Translations under genes and position numbers: made by a program
Source: Nitrospirota bacterium
Lineage (GTDB): Bacteria > CG2-30-53-67 > CG2-30-70-394
DNA length: 36,359 bases
Assembly: GCA_050050395.1 (NCBI GenBank)
Contig: JASFUG010000002.1
Coordinates: 1-36,359, forward strand
Direction: 5' to 3'
In this document: piece after piece, positions 35,053 to 36,359 of the stretch
Layout: every line of letters starts with the position of its first letter
Position numbering within the stretch: position 1 is the first letter of the stretch
Notes under the pieces: generated by a model
Told to the model about the DNA's origin: nothing
Databases searched by the model: none
What the model saw: only the letters and a program-made list of their open reading frames with translations

Positions 35053-35235
35053 GCCATTCTCCTTCCGGAACGGATTGCGATGCGGAGCTGGCAGTGTGCC
35101 ACCACGAAGAAAATCCGTCATCTTCGGAACCGCGCGGCCGGACGGTATAGTCTGTAAAATACTCGCCTGCCGCCGAGCTCCATCGACGGCGCTCCACCCT
35201 CTCCACCACGTCTGGCCCGTAGCAAGGAGATCGCC

Positions 35236-35646
35236 GTGAAACAGAAGATCGACGCTCTGTACACCGAGTGGCGAGAAGCGGGCTCACCCCGTGAGCGTGA
35301 CCGGCTTCTCGCCGAGGCCCTCGGCGGCGAGGTGACCGGTGACGGCGATCCACGGGTCCGGTGGCACCACCCCGGCCGTCCGGAGAGCGAGCCCCTCCCA
35401 GCCTACACCACGAACCTCAATGTGGCGGCGCAAGCCATGGACCAGGCGTGGGAGACCCTCGAGGAGTTTGCACCACACCAGATCCACTGTCAGCGCGACC
35501 CGGACCACCCGACCCAGCGTGGCGACTGCTTCGTCGAGTGGTGGCCGGACGAGGAGACCCACGTCTTCACGCCGCGTTTTCCCACCGAGGCGGAGACCCG
35601 CGCCTTCGCCGCCTTTGCATTCGCCCGCCTGCAGCGCGAGGTATAG
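35236..35646 (+). CDS. Hypothetical protein (136 aa); pattern faintly reminiscent of phage ABA-sandwich-type domains
   Basis: The GTG start is preceded by AAGGAGA with a 5-nt spacer. [12 protein letters not shown]....[24 protein letters not shown] resembles the ..LDALVAEKV.GW...P.YSTDIAAAWEVVE.. pattern as I recall it. This is unverified. Confidence 0.55.
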   Translation: MKQKIDALYTEWREAGSPRERDRLLAEALGGEVTGDGDPRVRWHHPGRPESEPLPAYTTNLNVAAQAMDQAWETLEEFAPHQIHCQRDPDHPTQRGDCFVEWWPDEETHVFTPRFPTEAETRAFAAFAFARLQREV

Positions 35647-35683
35647 GACGCCTGAACGCCAGGTCGACGCCGAGGTTACTGCC

Positions 35684-36208
35684 CTACGGCGTGCCCTGCC
35701 CTCCCTCGTGCCGCGCCGCCAGCTCTTCGACAGCAGACTGGAAGTCCGGCATGAGGATCGAGGCGGAGTGGTTGCGCGCCTCGTCGAGCATCTTGATCAG
35801 CGAAGCACGCATCTCGTCGTCCACCGGCACCGCCTTGCCCACGACGAAGCTTCCGTTCTCGGCAGCGTAGATGTAGACCCCCAGCCTCTCCTGGCCCTGC
35901 ACCAGGTCCACCAGAGAGGCCTGTTGCTCATCGAGTGGGTCGAGGAGGATGGTGAGGTCGACGATCTCGTCGAACAGGCCCGCGACCCCTACGGTGGTCT
36001 GTAACACCACCCCGCGGGTCATCAGATGGACGTCCATGCCGAACTCGACGCCGACGCCGGCTCCATCGATCTCGCGGCCGGCGAGCGGCAACGCGGCAAC
36101 CACCCCGAGCTCGGCGCGTCCCTCATCCGAAGGCAGCAAGGCGTAGGTGCAACCGACGCCACCACTGGCAGCGAACGCCTCTTTCACGTCATCGGGGAGA
36201 CCGGGCAT
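35684..36208 (-). CDS. Hypothetical protein (174 aa), no recognisable family
   Basis: The ATG at 36208 is preceded by AAGGAG about 8 nt upstream. The composition is non-repetitive and protein-like. It is convergent with 35236..35646. Confidence 0.55.
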   Translation of the reverse strand: MPGLPDDVKEAFAASGGVGCTYALLPSDEGRAELGVVAALPLAGREIDGAGVGVEFGMDVHLMTRGVVLQTTVGVAGLFDEIVDLTILLDPLDEQQASLVDLVQGQERLGVYIYAAENGSFVVGKAVPVDDEMRASLIKMLDEARNHSASILMPDFQSAVEELAARHEGGQGTP

Positions 36209-36232
36209 GGCATCCACTCCTTTGATTCTGGT

Positions 36233-36260
36233 TCACCACAGAGGCACAGAGGGCACAGAG
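36233..36260 (+). repeat. Third copy of the 28-nt CACAGAG-rich unit
   Basis: tcaccacagaggcacagagggcacagag matches the revcomp of 9549..9576 at 27/28 positions and 9486..9513 at 25/28. It is followed by visibly AT-richer sequence up to the window end. Confidence 0.7.
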
Positions 36261-36359
36261 ATCTCGGCGTCTGCGGCATTATTACTGGCGAGTAGAGAAC
36301 GAAAGATATCCTGACAACTCGGCGATTAGTTGAAGGATTGATGCGATTACTACCGACAT

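Overview
High-GC, proteobacterial-type chromosome segment. About three quarters of it (nt 1..28119, all on the minus strand) is one complete type VI secretion system (T6SS) locus. Gene order is: kinase-like gene, fha/tagH, tssJ, tssK, tssL, tssM, tagF, tssA, tssB, tssC, hcp, tssE, tssF, tssG, clpV, a small GxxExxY-family relic, then vgrG. Many junctions overlap by 1-4 nt (TGATG, ATGA, GTGA), which suggests translational coupling. Five tightly packed genes follow vgrG: a LysM plus peptidoglycan-binding protein, a second peptidoglycan-binding protein, a 377-aa HExxH zincin-like protein with no signal peptide, a HEAT-repeat protein with a signal peptide, and a glycine-zipper lipoprotein that is absent from the ORF track and runs off the window start. 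I read this block as the most likely undescribed element: a VgrG-linked cargo effector and immunity module that probably targets the cell envelope. Other points are two near-consensus sigma54 (-24/-12) promoters upstream of hcp and of the vgrG operon that share an upstream 11-mer; a catalytically dead-looking protein-kinase-like protein with an inserted zinc ribbon where PpkA would be expected; a perfect 23-nt AT-rich palindrome filling the tssE-tssF spacer; two small repeat families (CACAGAG-type inverted repeats and GTAGGG-type REP hairpins); and a lower-GC stretch of about 840 bp with broken reading frames at the T6SS border. The right flank is housekeeping: cyclophilin PPIase, DUF4124-SLT lytic transglycosylase, nadA, an NtrC-type sigma54 activator with its histidine kinase, hisG and two hypothetical genes. 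All family calls come from reading the translations by eye; no database search was possible. The many long Arg/Gly/Pro/Ala-rich ORFs antisense or out of frame to these genes are treated as high-GC artefacts.
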